From the IMG/VR virus record IMGVR_UViG_3300022895_000242, positions 1 to 53,342 of that record: a stretch of DNA of 53,342 nucleotides, one strand, 5' to 3'. This DNA comes from a virus. Taxonomy: Duplodnaviria > Caudoviricetes. This document shows positions 19,353 to 27,724 of this stretch, in pieces (the stretch's first letter is position 1; each line of letters starts with the position of its first letter). Both the position numbers and the translations under genes were made by a program. The notes below the pieces were generated by a model. That model did no database searches and was not told the origin of the DNA. It worked only from the letters and a program-made list of their open reading frames with translations.

Positions 19353-20024
19353 TTAAGACCTCACCACTCTAGGAACCCATGATTCTACATACCTGATACA
19401 AGAAAGGAACTCATGGCGTTTCACATCTTTGTAACTCGTAACACCAAATCGATCTTTAATTTCACGATGCAATTCTGGATATAATAAACGCTTATGTTCA
19501 TCAGATGTAGCGTGTTCAAACACTTTAGAGCCAATTAACTTTTGCAACCTACGTTGTTCACCGTGGTCAAGCGTGATTTGATTATCTACTTTTTCTTTTA
19601 ATTCATGAACTTCCACTTTTAAAACCTCAACTTCTTCTGATGTTTCAAGCGATAATCTCATAGAAGCTTTAAGCTGTTCTTTTTCCGAAAGTGGTTTAGG
19701 ATTATTCTGTTGTTGTTCCATTTCATTAAATCGAGATACATATGTTGCGGTAAATAAAATGCCTTTTTCTCCAGTCATTTTGTTACCAACCATTTCACAG
19801 CCTTTTTTTGTAAGAAGATAACAAGGTCTTGATTTCCCTTGAGCATCTTGATATTCATGTTCTATGAAAAAATCAGCCAATCCAAAATTGGATTTACCTA
19901 AAATTCCCACATATCCTTGTATATCCCTCATTAAATGTGCATGATTTTTTCCTGTCATTTCTGCAACTTGACGACTTTCTGTCACTAATTGTCCTTCGAA
20001 TGAAATTATTTGTAATTGTTTCAT
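19353..20024 (-). CDS. Rha-family / ORF6C antirepressor-type regulator
   Basis: ESRQVAEMTGKNHAHLMRDI, CYLLTKKGC (Rha); FGVTSYKDVKR (ORF6C). Confidence 0.9.
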   Translation of the reverse strand: MKQLQIISFEGQLVTESRQVAEMTGKNHAHLMRDIQGYVGILGKSNFGLADFFIEHEYQDAQGKSRPCYLLTKKGCEMVGNKMTGEKGILFTATYVSRFNEMEQQQNNPKPLSEKEQLKASMRLSLETSEEVEVLKVEVHELKEKVDNQITLDHGEQRRLQKLIGSKVFEHATSDEHKRLLYPELHREIKDRFGVTSYKDVKRHEFLSCIRYVESWVPRVVRS

Positions 20025-20043
20025 GTAATACCTCCATTAATTG

Positions 20044-20265
20044 TTAAGTAGTTTTCACCTGTGCATTTTCAACACTGATTTCTGCAAAAAAAATGGTCCA
20101 TTCTATTCCTAAGACTCTCGAAATAGCTTGTGCAACTTTTACACTAGGTCGTAAACCATTTTCAATTCTGGTATAATATGAACGTTCTATACCTATCAAA
20201 CTAGCTACTTGTTCATGTGATAACTCTAAAGTCTTTCGTTTGTTCTTTAAAACTTCTGCAAACAT
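20044..20265 (-). CDS. Cro-like XRE HTH protein (second switch)
   Basis: LSHEQVASLIGIERSYYTRIENG.RPS; start at MFAEV after AAGGTGGTG. Confidence 0.88.
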   Translation of the reverse strand: MFAEVLKNKRKTLELSHEQVASLIGIERSYYTRIENGLRPSVKVAQAISRVLGIEWTIFFAEISVENAQVKTT

Positions 20266-20278
20266 TTCATCACCACCT

Positions 20279-20376
20279 TGTGCATTTATTACACATATTA
20301 TATCGTGCACTTTTTGCACAGTCAATCTGTTTTGTGTATTTTTTTCACAAAATATTTATTGTGCAAAAAATTCACA
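20279..20376. promoter_or_regulatory. Four 17-bp operators TGTG-N9-CACA with divergent promoters; fifth copy at 20060-20076
   Basis: Sites at 20279-20295, 20304-20320, 20333-20349 and 20360-20376. Confidence 0.8.
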
Positions 20377-20406
20377 TATAATACAGAATAGAAAGGGGCG
20401 TTCAAT

Positions 20407-20835
20407 ATGAAATATGGGGATATTTTAAAAAAACTCAGAACCGAAAAAGGGTTATCCCAAAAAGAATTAACTGACCAACTTGCAATTAATAGGTCAACAT
20501 ATGCGCGCTATGAAACATCATCTACTCAACCTGACTTCGATACTTTAGAAAAATTGGCTGATTATTTTAATGTATCGATTGACTATCTATTAGGCAGAAC
20601 TAATAATTCCGTTTCATATTTAGAAAAAACACAAGAAATTAATGTAAGTAACGAATTAAACGACCGTTTAACGCTTCTCCAGAACGAGCTTAAAACATCA
20701 AAACATCTTACTTTCAACGGCGAACCGATGTCTGAAGAAGCAAAGGAAGCGTTATTAGAAGCAATGCAGTTCGGCATCCGTTTAATAGAGAAACAGAAAA
20801 AGAAACAGGTAAAAGACGAGAGTGAAGAAATATAA
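20407..20835 (+). CDS. ImmR/CI-like XRE repressor (second switch)
   Basis: N-terminal HTH; C-terminal FNGEPMSEEAKEALLEAMQFGIRL nearly identical to 50346-50774. Confidence 0.9.
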   Translation: MKYGDILKKLRTEKGLSQKELTDQLAINRSTYARYETSSTQPDFDTLEKLADYFNVSIDYLLGRTNNSVSYLEKTQEINVSNELNDRLTLLQNELKTSKHLTFNGEPMSEEAKEALLEAMQFGIRLIEKQKKKQVKDESEEI

Positions 20836-20883
20836 CCTTCCCCAAAACTGGGGAAGGTTTCTTCATCCCACAATCCCCTAAGC

Positions 20884-21054
20884 TCATACACCTATTTTCA
20901 CTTCATCTAAACGAGCTAAGAGCATTCCGTTCATTTGCTGCACACACTTATTATCATTTCTATTAAAAACATTATTATCACTCAACCATTGCAAATCTTT
21001 TACATCTAGTTTTTTTAACATCTCTTTCCACGCTAACCCTAAATCATTGTTCAT
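20884..21054 (-). CDS. 56 aa hypothetical protein (not in the ORF track)
   Basis: MNNDLGLAWKEMLKKLDVKDLQWL...; AAAGGAGG RBS; similar to 18337-18588. Confidence 0.75.
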   Translation of the reverse strand: MNNDLGLAWKEMLKKLDVKDLQWLSDNNVFNRNDNKCVQQMNGMLLARLDEVKIGV

Positions 21055-21082
21055 ATTATTTTCCTCCTTTATTTAGAAAACG

Positions 21083-21143
21083 AAAAAACCCCAAATTTAA
21101 GCAGACTATCAATTGATAATCGTGCTAAAAATTTGGGGTTTTC
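21083..21143 (-). terminator. Long leader hairpin/terminator upstream of the 56 aa gene
   Basis: AAAACCCCAAATTT...AAATTTGGGGTTTT arms followed by a U tract on the - strand. Confidence 0.65.
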
Positions 21144-21455
21144 CCTTTTAATATGTATTTTTGAGTTAATTATCAAAAATCATATCATGCTTTAGCTTGA
21201 TTAGTCAATTATATTTTTGCATCTAAATAATTCCTAATTAATTTATAGATACCATTGTCTATATCTCTTTCATGTTGTAAGTTTTTTATTTTCCAACTTG
21301 ATATAACTTTTCATCCAGTCTCCATTTCATCATTCTACCTTTTCCTCTTACCGTTTCTTTTTGTTCATCGTTTCACTTCTAAACTAGATCAAAACATTAC
21401 TAAAGGCATTCCTCCTTTTCTGTCGAATATTGACATTATTGAGGAGGTGATACGT

Positions 21456-21689
21456 ATGGCTGATTTTAAAGATGTATTGCTTGAATACTTGCATGCAAAC
21501 AAAGACAATAAAAAATTTGAAGTTGATTTCACAGTATTTAAAGATTTCAGCTACGAAGATGTCGCAACCATGTTTGAAGAATTAATCTCTACTGGTAAAA
21601 TTGATGGATTTGTAGACTACCAACATTATCAACCTGAAGTTTTCATTGAAAAGATTAATTGGAATCACTTCCAACATCATCTGAAGTAA
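21456..21689 (+). CDS. 77 aa acidic moron protein with sigma-H-type promoter
   Basis: GAGGAGGTG RBS; AAAGGCATT-N11-GTCGAAT at about 21402-21428. Confidence 0.7.
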   Translation: MADFKDVLLEYLHANKDNKKFEVDFTVFKDFSYEDVATMFEELISTGKIDGFVDYQHYQPEVFIEKINWNHFQHHLK

Positions 21690-21885
21690 ATATGACATTC
21701 CGAATGTTGAGCGTTATTTGCACGTTATGACTCCCGTCAGATAACGTTTCAACATTTACATTTTTTACGCGATTCAACAACTGGCTCCCTAATTGCACTT
21801 TCAAATACCTATCCGCTGTGTAATGTAGGTTCAACGTTGTTGGACACTGGGCCGTTGTTAAAGGATATGCTTTTCCTATTTCCAT
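21655..21885 (-). CDS. Hypothetical protein
   Basis: 76 aa with AAAGGGGTG RBS. Confidence 0.55.
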   Translation of the reverse strand: MEIGKAYPLTTAQCPTTLNLHYTADRYLKVQLGSQLLNRVKNVNVETLSDGSHNVQITLNIRNVIFTSDDVGSDSN

Positions 21886-21922
21886 GTCTGCACCCCTTTC
21901 AATTAGGTGATAAGAACATTAT

Positions 21923-22507
21923 TCAGTCATCTACTTCCTGCTCACGAGGCTTCAACGCATATGCTTTCTTCAATTCCTCAACCTGTTTTCTTTGCTCGCC
22001 TGTACCTTTACCTTTTGGTAGTGGCATCTGACGTATTTCGAGGACCTTTTTAAACTTTGTATCATCTCGTAAACCAACTAAAAGGGCTTTGAATTTATCC
22101 CAATGTAAAATACCTTGTTGTTCAAATAGATCCATGCCGTAATCCTGCAAAAAGGAAGCATAAATATACTCTGCATCTTGTGCAATATCATATATGTCCA
22201 CTTCCTTTTCTTTTGATTGTACTGGCATTGGATTCCCTTCAATGTCGTACTCAACATCGTCCTCTTTATTACCATCAATCAAGGTTTCATATAGTTTAAA
22301 AAAGATTTCAGCCTTTTCCTCAATTGGACATTCTAAAGGCTCTGTTACTAGCATCTCAATGCCTGTAAGTATCTGAGTTACATCATCAAGCTCTTTGTCG
22401 TTTAACATGTCAATAAGGCTTAAAATATTGTCAAAAGACATGTCTAAACTGTACATACGACCATTTATCTCAATTTCATTAATCAATGTATCCGTCAATT
22501 TAAACAT
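21923..22507 (-). CDS. Tail assembly chaperone, A118 Gp15 family
   Basis: DAEYIYASFLQDYGMDL, LHWDKFKALL, T.F..V.EIR motifs. Confidence 0.9.
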   Translation of the reverse strand: MFKLTDTLINEIEINGRMYSLDMSFDNILSLIDMLNDKELDDVTQILTGIEMLVTEPLECPIEEKAEIFFKLYETLIDGNKEDDVEYDIEGNPMPVQSKEKEVDIYDIAQDAEYIYASFLQDYGMDLFEQQGILHWDKFKALLVGLRDDTKFKKVLEIRQMPLPKGKGTGEQRKQVEELKKAYALKPREQEVDD

Positions 22508-22516
22508 GGCAATAAC

Positions 22517-22906
22517 CTACTTTTTGTTTTTATGTTTAGGTTTTCTTTTTTGACGAATATATTGTTGTGCTTTGTCCTGTTGAGTAGCATTTAAATTCAT
22601 CTTTGATAACTCTTGATTTATCGATTTGCTTAGCTCACCAAAAATACGCATACATTCAATTAAACTTTTAACTTCGTTGTAAACTTGGTTAAAAGTACCT
22701 TCACCTAAAATTAAATCGTAACCTTGTTTTAAAAGGTCTTTAGCTGCATCGAAATCATCGTCATTTATCTTGTCAGCATTTTCTAAAAGTAATTCACCTG
22801 ATTTTTTTAAATTTTGAATCCCTTCATCAGATGTATCGAATGCGAATTTTAAATCACCAATTTGTACAGGTATTCCAGCTTTTTGCGTTTGAATTTTGAT
22901 TACCAT
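22517..22906 (-). CDS. Tail assembly chaperone (A118 Gp14-like)
   Basis: Position between the tail tube and Gp15; D.ILGEGTF..VY motif. Confidence 0.75.
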   Translation of the reverse strand: MVIKIQTQKAGIPVQIGDLKFAFDTSDEGIQNLKKSGELLLENADKINDDDFDAAKDLLKQGYDLILGEGTFNQVYNEVKSLIECMRIFGELSKSINQELSKMNLNATQQDKAQQYIRQKRKPKHKNKK

Positions 22907-22939
22907 TTATCCCACTCCTTTTAAATTAAAAGAGGACGA

Positions 22940-23018
22940 TTACTCGCCCTCTTCTTCGATCAGTTCTTTGGTTTCTTCCTCTTCTGTGCCTTTGCCCGAA
23001 TCATCGGGCTCATCAGGG
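22940..23018 (-). other. Predicted +1 frameshift site CCC-TGA and 24 aa acidic extension of the tail tube
   Basis: Gene ends ACA CCC TGA; the +1 frame reads DEPDDSGKGTEEEETKELIEEEGE*. Confidence 0.65.
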
Positions 23019-23456
23019 TGTAACTGGTAGTACTGTCATAGTTGGTTTAGCATCCCATGAAATACGGCAATTGAATGGCGCGTATTCCGATGCTTCGCCG
23101 CCAGTAATTTTAATTTCTGATACTGTAGCACGTCCTACAAACTCAGTGCCGTCTGTGCGAACTTGCTTAAACATAATTTTACGGGCTTCTCCTGTCTCAA
23201 ACTCAAGGTCTGCGATTAACTTTTGTGCTGCATCCTCAATATCGTGCATACCTTCGAATGTGTATGCCTTTTTCACCGAAATTACATCTGTTTCTTTCGT
23301 GCCATCACCATCATAAAACGCATATTCCTCTGTTTCTTCCTCACCATCATCTGTAACAGAAGATATCCATTTCGCTAACCGTAAATCTGCTTTGCTATTT
23401 TCGTCTTCATATTTGCCTATCCAGTACTCCGTTAAGGCGTTCTTTTTACGTGCCAT
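23013..23456 (-). CDS. Major tail tube protein
   Basis: RLAKWISSV...YDGDG...D.AQ motifs of A118-type tail tubes. Confidence 0.88.
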   Translation of the reverse strand: MARKKNALTEYWIGKYEDENSKADLRLAKWISSVTDDGEEETEEYAFYDGDGTKETDVISVKKAYTFEGMHDIEDAAQKLIADLEFETGEARKIMFKQVRTDGTEFVGRATVSEIKITGGEASEYAPFNCRISWDAKPTMTVLPVTP

Positions 23457-23855
23457 TTAAGCCACTCCTTTATGAATTGTTATTGTTGCACTAATTGATA
23501 ATTCGTAAATAAAAAAGCCCTGATCATCTATCATGATGAGTGAGGGCAATGAAGTTATTTTTGTTTGTTGGTAGTCGTAACTACCATTATCAGATGGTAA
23601 ATCAGTTAAGTTTTCGAGATTTTGAAATAGCGTGCTTAAAGTATTGATACAATTATCTTGTTTCTTGCTTTTCGCATTGATTTGAACTTGATAAGCTTTA
23701 TCCCTAGTACCATCAAAGAATATTTTTTCGGCTCCACCAGGCATTGCCATGACGGATAGGCTTTCTTCTTTCCCAAGGACACCTATAACACTTTTAGCAA
23801 AGAAACTTTGTTTATTAATATATCGATTGAGTTGTACTAAAAAATCTAATTCCAT
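23457..23855 (-). CDS. Tail terminator (Minor_capsid_3-like)
   Basis: LPSDNGSY motif; A118 synteny. Confidence 0.8.
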   Translation of the reverse strand: MELDFLVQLNRYINKQSFFAKSVIGVLGKEESLSVMAMPGGAEKIFFDGTRDKAYQVQINAKSKKQDNCINTLSTLFQNLENLTDLPSDNGSYDYQQTKITSLPSLIMIDDQGFFIYELSISATITIHKGVA

Positions 23856-24185
23856 TTACCTCATCGCCCTTTTTACGATATTCACCCAACTAGCACCGTG
23901 TATCGCTTGTGCTTTAACGTCCCATTTAGGACCGGTACCTGGCGTTGTGAATTTAGCACCATAATTGTAATACTGCTTTCTAGCATAAGGAGTATTCCAA
24001 ATGATAGATTTACCGTCTGCAGCGATAGTTGATTGGTTACGTAGATCACTAGAAAGCTTTGGTGCGTATATGTTGGAATCAGCGTGTACTTGGTTTACAA
24101 AAGCGATTTGCCCACGTCTTACTAATTCTTCAGCTCTCACACGCACACCATTAATTTCTGTACTTACTCTAATTCTCGCTGTCAT
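23856..24185 (-). CDS. Neck protein (Minor_capsid_2-like)
   Basis: WNTPYARKQYY...TTPGTGPKWD motif. Confidence 0.85.
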   Translation of the reverse strand: MTARIRVSTEINGVRVRAEELVRRGQIAFVNQVHADSNIYAPKLSSDLRNQSTIAADGKSIIWNTPYARKQYYNYGAKFTTPGTGPKWDVKAQAIHGASWVNIVKRAMR

Positions 24186-24529
24186 TAAATCACTTCCAAT
24201 TCATAGTGACGGATTTTGTTCTTGTTAGGATGATAGCAAGGCACAATCTTTTTAAGTATTAACTCTCTACCTTCAAAAATAATGATAGATTCCTCTTTAA
24301 AATCAGGAATCGGTGAGCTATTGACAGCATCCACAAAGATTACACCCTCGGCCACTATTTTTGTTTGAGTATTGTCACGACTAAACACTGTAGTAGGATC
24401 ATAACGCACAAATTCGATATCGATTGGTTCCTTATACATGGGATTCCCGTAATCGTCTTTTTCATCAAGGATTTCTTTATAGGTAATGTCGTGTATAAGC
24501 CAACTTTTCGGCAATGGCTTAATGTACAT
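24185..24529 (-). CDS. Head closure protein (Minor_capsid_1-like)
   Basis: DDYGNP..., FVDAVNS, HYELEV; synteny. Confidence 0.8.
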   Translation of the reverse strand: MYIKPLPKSWLIHDITYKEILDEKDDYGNPMYKEPIDIEFVRYDPTTVFSRDNTQTKIVAEGVIFVDAVNSSPIPDFKEESIIIFEGRELILKKIVPCYHPNKNKIRHYELEVI

Positions 24530-24912
24530 TAAATCACCTCGATTCCTCTATATAAAAGCCCTGTATTACGTAAATACATATAGACATCATCAGCAACGAT
24601 GTTATTAAGTTTTGCTTGGTTTCTCACGCCACTTGATATAGAAGTACGACCAATAGAAACAGACAAAGGATTATTTAATTCATGAGCACTTGTACCACCC
24701 ATATCATTAAAATACTCGATTTGAGCAGCGACAGCCTTTTTGAATTTATCTCGACGTAATTGATAATCAGACTCCAAATCATTAAGTTGATAAAAGTCAC
24801 GAGTGATACTATCTAAAACATCACTCGCTTTTTGTTCTAGTTTTGGAAAGTCAGCTGCTGTTACATCAGAAAATCCAAAGTTTTGGTATTCATCGTAAGA
24901 TAGGTATAGCAT
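24529..24912 (-). CDS. Head-tail adaptor
   Basis: YLSYDEY, KKAVAAQIEY, SIGRTS, L..TGLLYRG motifs. Confidence 0.82.
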   Translation of the reverse strand: MLYLSYDEYQNFGFSDVTAADFPKLEQKASDVLDSITRDFYQLNDLESDYQLRRDKFKKAVAAQIEYFNDMGGTSAHELNNPLSVSIGRTSISSGVRNQAKLNNIVADDVYMYLRNTGLLYRGIEVI

Positions 24913-24920
24913 ATTAACAC

Positions 24921-25232
24921 CTACTTTGCATTCGGATCTGGTTGTTTCATTTCTAGCTCTTTTTCGAGCTTCGTCACTTTTGCTTTAAGCACTTTATTTT
25001 CTTTGGTCAAATCTTCATTTTCTTTTGCTAGATCCACATTTTTTAAATTTTCTAACTCATCAACTACCGCATTGTGTTCAGCAAGTGATACGCTACGCCC
25101 ACCAGTTGCACGTTTAACAACTTTGCCTTCGCTGTCAATTTGGTCATAACCTTGTTGCAAATGTGCTGATAAACGACCTTCATCTATATCTAAAATGCGA
25201 TTACCTTTTCGTACTTTTACTACATTACCCAT
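24921..25232 (-). CDS. Hypothetical head-associated coiled-coil protein
   Basis: Directly after the major capsid gene. Confidence 0.7.
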   Translation of the reverse strand: MGNVVKVRKGNRILDIDEGRLSAHLQQGYDQIDSEGKVVKRATGGRSVSLAEHNAVVDELENLKNVDLAKENEDLTKENKVLKAKVTKLEKELEMKQPDPNAK

Positions 25233-25278
25233 GCTTGTTCCCTCCTAATAAAATTAAAAGAGGACTAAAAAAGTCCCT

Positions 25279-26244
25279 TTAGGCTTCAGTATTAATTTTT
25301 ATTCCATCAACTTTTTTAGCAATTACGAAAAGATCCCAGTACTTGCGTTCGAAGTATAAATATTTACCGCCTGTCGCTGCCGATGGATTATCCAATGAAA
25401 CGAATTCATATTTTTGCGGTGTAATAACTGTTAATGGATGAATTAAAATCATGTTAATTTGTTTAGCAGTCACATCTGCTACTGCGCCATCTGTAAAGTT
25501 ATAAACTGTTTTCATACGAGATGATGGGACAACTTTAATCGTTACATCGTCAAGTGAGTAAATGCTACGTTTTACATTACCAGCGTTCCCACTCGCTACA
25601 TCTAATTGACGTTGGAGACCTTGAGCAGTTTTTAATAACTTATTAACAGTTGGTGTCACATATAAAACTCGACCGGTTTGTGGCACTTCCGCATCGTCCA
25701 TAGCTGCCATAAAATCATCGAAAATGTCTAAGATATTTTCTGAAGTTAATGCTGTAGTATCTACAGTTCCACCATGAGCAGTAAATTCAGTGACTAATTT
25801 CGATGCTGCGTATTTGTCCATTTCAGGAATCTTCTGTTCATCGTTAAACACGCGTGTAATGTTCGCAATCGTTAGTGCCATGTTCGTTTCATCAACATCC
25901 ATTGGATCCACTAACGTTTTAAATTCACGATCGTGATCAATTGTTTTTGGCTCAAAATCGTTATCAGTACGACGAGTGAATGAACCAACTACATCACGGT
26001 CCACATCAACAAAGCCGCCTACTGTAATACGTGGGATTTGGATTGTTTTAGCGCTTGTCCACTTAATGTTTGCGTTGTTGGCTGTGCTGTATAGCTCGAC
26101 AAACATTAATCCAGTTGTGAATTTTTGTTGTAGTGCTTGGGTATACAGTTCTGCGTAGTTAGGTGCTGCAAAAAATTGAATATCTAATTTTAATAACATT
26201 TTCATACCTTGGTAATTTGGTAATGATTTAATAACATGTTTCAT
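25279..26244 (-). CDS. Major capsid protein
   Basis: 321 aa after the scaffold; HDR....VDPMDVDET and PEMDKY motifs; LDIQFFA leader. Confidence 0.9.
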   Translation of the reverse strand: MKHVIKSLPNYQGMKMLLKLDIQFFAAPNYAELYTQALQQKFTTGLMFVELYSTANNANIKWTSAKTIQIPRITVGGFVDVDRDVVGSFTRRTDNDFEPKTIDHDREFKTLVDPMDVDETNMALTIANITRVFNDEQKIPEMDKYAASKLVTEFTAHGGTVDTTALTSENILDIFDDFMAAMDDAEVPQTGRVLYVTPTVNKLLKTAQGLQRQLDVASGNAGNVKRSIYSLDDVTIKVVPSSRMKTVYNFTDGAVADVTAKQINMILIHPLTVITPQKYEFVSLDNPSAATGGKYLYFERKYWDLFVIAKKVDGIKINTEA

Positions 26245-26269
26245 AGCATTTGTTCCTCCTAATTTTTAA

Positions 26270-26902
26270 TTACTTAAATGCGTTTAACCATTGCTCTGCT
26301 TCTGTTGTTGATTGGGTACCATGTTTACCTTGGGAAAACTTTGGCTTTGATTGTTCTTGCTGTTGCGATTCTTCTTTTTGAGCAAAATGAGGATACTTTT
26401 CAACTATCTTAGAAATAGCTGTATCCATATCCACATCATCACTCACCATTGTTTTGGCAAGTGTTACAACATCAGTGACATAATCAGCAATTACACCTGC
26501 TTTCATTGCACTGATTTGAGCTTTAAGTACTGAGTTTTCATCTGACAATGTTGATTGATTTGTTTCTAATTCTTTCAAACGTTCAGCTTGCTTTTCTTGC
26601 TCAGTTTTTTGTGACTCTTCAAATTCCCTCAGCTTCAATATGCTTTCCTTTGCTTTTTCAACATTTTCGAATCCCAATTGTTTAAGTACTTTGTTTTGTG
26701 TGTCGTTCTTTTGTTTTGCAAGGAAACTATTCAGTTCATCCTGAGTAAATGTTTTAGCCTCATTTTGACTTTGAGTATCCCCAGCACTTTCCTGCTGGTT
26801 GGTTTCTTGTGTGTTATTTTCTTGTTGATTTGTTTCCCCTTCTGTCTCTTCTGCAAAAAACTGAAGGTCTAAAGGTAAGAAAAATGTTTGTTTATTGTTC
26901 AT
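26270..26902 (-). CDS. Capsid scaffolding protein
   Basis: LDLQFFA, KTFTQDELN, coiled coil, KYPHF. Confidence 0.88.
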   Translation of the reverse strand: MNNKQTFFLPLDLQFFAEETEGETNQQENNTQETNQQESAGDTQSQNEAKTFTQDELNSFLAKQKNDTQNKVLKQLGFENVEKAKESILKLREFEESQKTEQEKQAERLKELETNQSTLSDENSVLKAQISAMKAGVIADYVTDVVTLAKTMVSDDVDMDTAISKIVEKYPHFAQKEESQQQEQSKPKFSQGKHGTQSTTEAEQWLNAFK

Positions 26903-26986
26903 TCTTAAATCCCCCTAACAAAGGTTATTTGCCCATGTTTTGTTTAACGCCCACTTCATGGTAAACGGGCAATAAAAAAGCCCTCT

Positions 26987-27060
26987 TTATTTAGAGGACT
27001 TCCAATATTGTTCTTCTGCAATTTTTCTTGCTTCTATTGCTTCTTCTAAAGTGTCGACAA
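26987..27060 (-). pseudogene. Remnant C-terminus of an AP2-domain (HNH-AP2-like) protein
   Basis: Reads VDTLEEAIEARKIAEEQYWKSSK* with no start of its own. Confidence 0.55.
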
Positions 27061-27309
27061 AGAATGTTTCAATTCGCTAGCTTCACCGTAGCTTAGTCCT
27101 CTAATTTGTACTTTGCTGTTCATTACGTGTACCAGTTCATCGTTGTAAGCACTTTTGTAAAAATCTTCTTTTGCATCAAATGACTTTTTGGGAACAACAA
27201 TTACTTCCTCGATACCTTCAGCTACAATAGCTACAAATACAAATGGTGATTGCGTTTCTCTCGCTTTTGCAAACGTATTTGATAAATGCTGTTTAGTTAA
27301 TGACATCAA
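27046..27309 (-). CDS. Small phage protein of unknown function
   Basis: 87 aa; EVIVVPKKSFDAKEDFYKSAYNDEL; coupled to the DUF2829 gene. Confidence 0.75.
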   Translation of the reverse strand: MMSLTKQHLSNTFAKARETQSPFVFVAIVAEGIEEVIVVPKKSFDAKEDFYKSAYNDELVHVMNSKVQIRGLSYGEASELKHSLSTL

Positions 27310-27518
27310 TTAACTACCTCCCAATTCTCTGCAAATAGTTCAATCATCGTTTCCTTCCATGGAACACGTCCGAAACGACTTTCCACATACAAATATGGAG
27401 CTGTCATTTTGCTATGCTCATCTGGATATTGAGCACGAATAATAACATCTGTCTGCCATTGCGGTAAACGCATACCTTTGCCTTGCTTTACTTCTTCAAA
27501 TGCTTGACCAAAATTCAT
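27306..27518 (-). CDS. DUF2829 / Tad2-like protein
   Basis: MNFGQAFEEVKQGKGMRLPQW...PYLY...VPW......FAENWEVV pattern; GGAGG RBS. Confidence 0.72.
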   Translation of the reverse strand: MNFGQAFEEVKQGKGMRLPQWQTDVIIRAQYPDEHSKMTAPYLYVESRFGRVPWKETMIELFAENWEVVN

Positions 27519-27571
27519 TGTAATACCTCCATTTTTATAAAAATGCATAATAAAAAGCCGTATCTCTACGA

Positions 27572-27724
27572 CTACAAGACTTCTTTTTCTTTAACGAAAT
27601 ATGCGTTCCTTGATTTCTCTCCCTCTTCCTCAGCTTTTTTACGCTTTTTGTAAACATCTTTCAGTTCAAAGTTTTCTGCGAAACCACCAGACGTCATTAA
27701 ATAAAGCAAATATACTTTTTTCAT
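27572..27724 (-). CDS. 50 aa hypothetical protein (not in the ORF track)
   Basis: MKKVYLLYLMTSGGFAENFELKDVYKKRKKAEEEG...; ATGA coupling and AAGGAG RBS. Confidence 0.6.
   Translation of the reverse strand: MKKVYLLYLMTSGGFAENFELKDVYKKRKKAEEEGEKSRNAYFVKEKEVL

Noticed and set aside
21255-21455. N-terminal extension of the 144 aa ORF call
   Set aside because: The strong RBS and promoter point to the ATG at 21456
16610-21920. Independent satellite/PICI inserted in the tail region
   Set aside because: No integrase, primase/replicase or flanking direct repeats found; treated as morons plus a regulatory module
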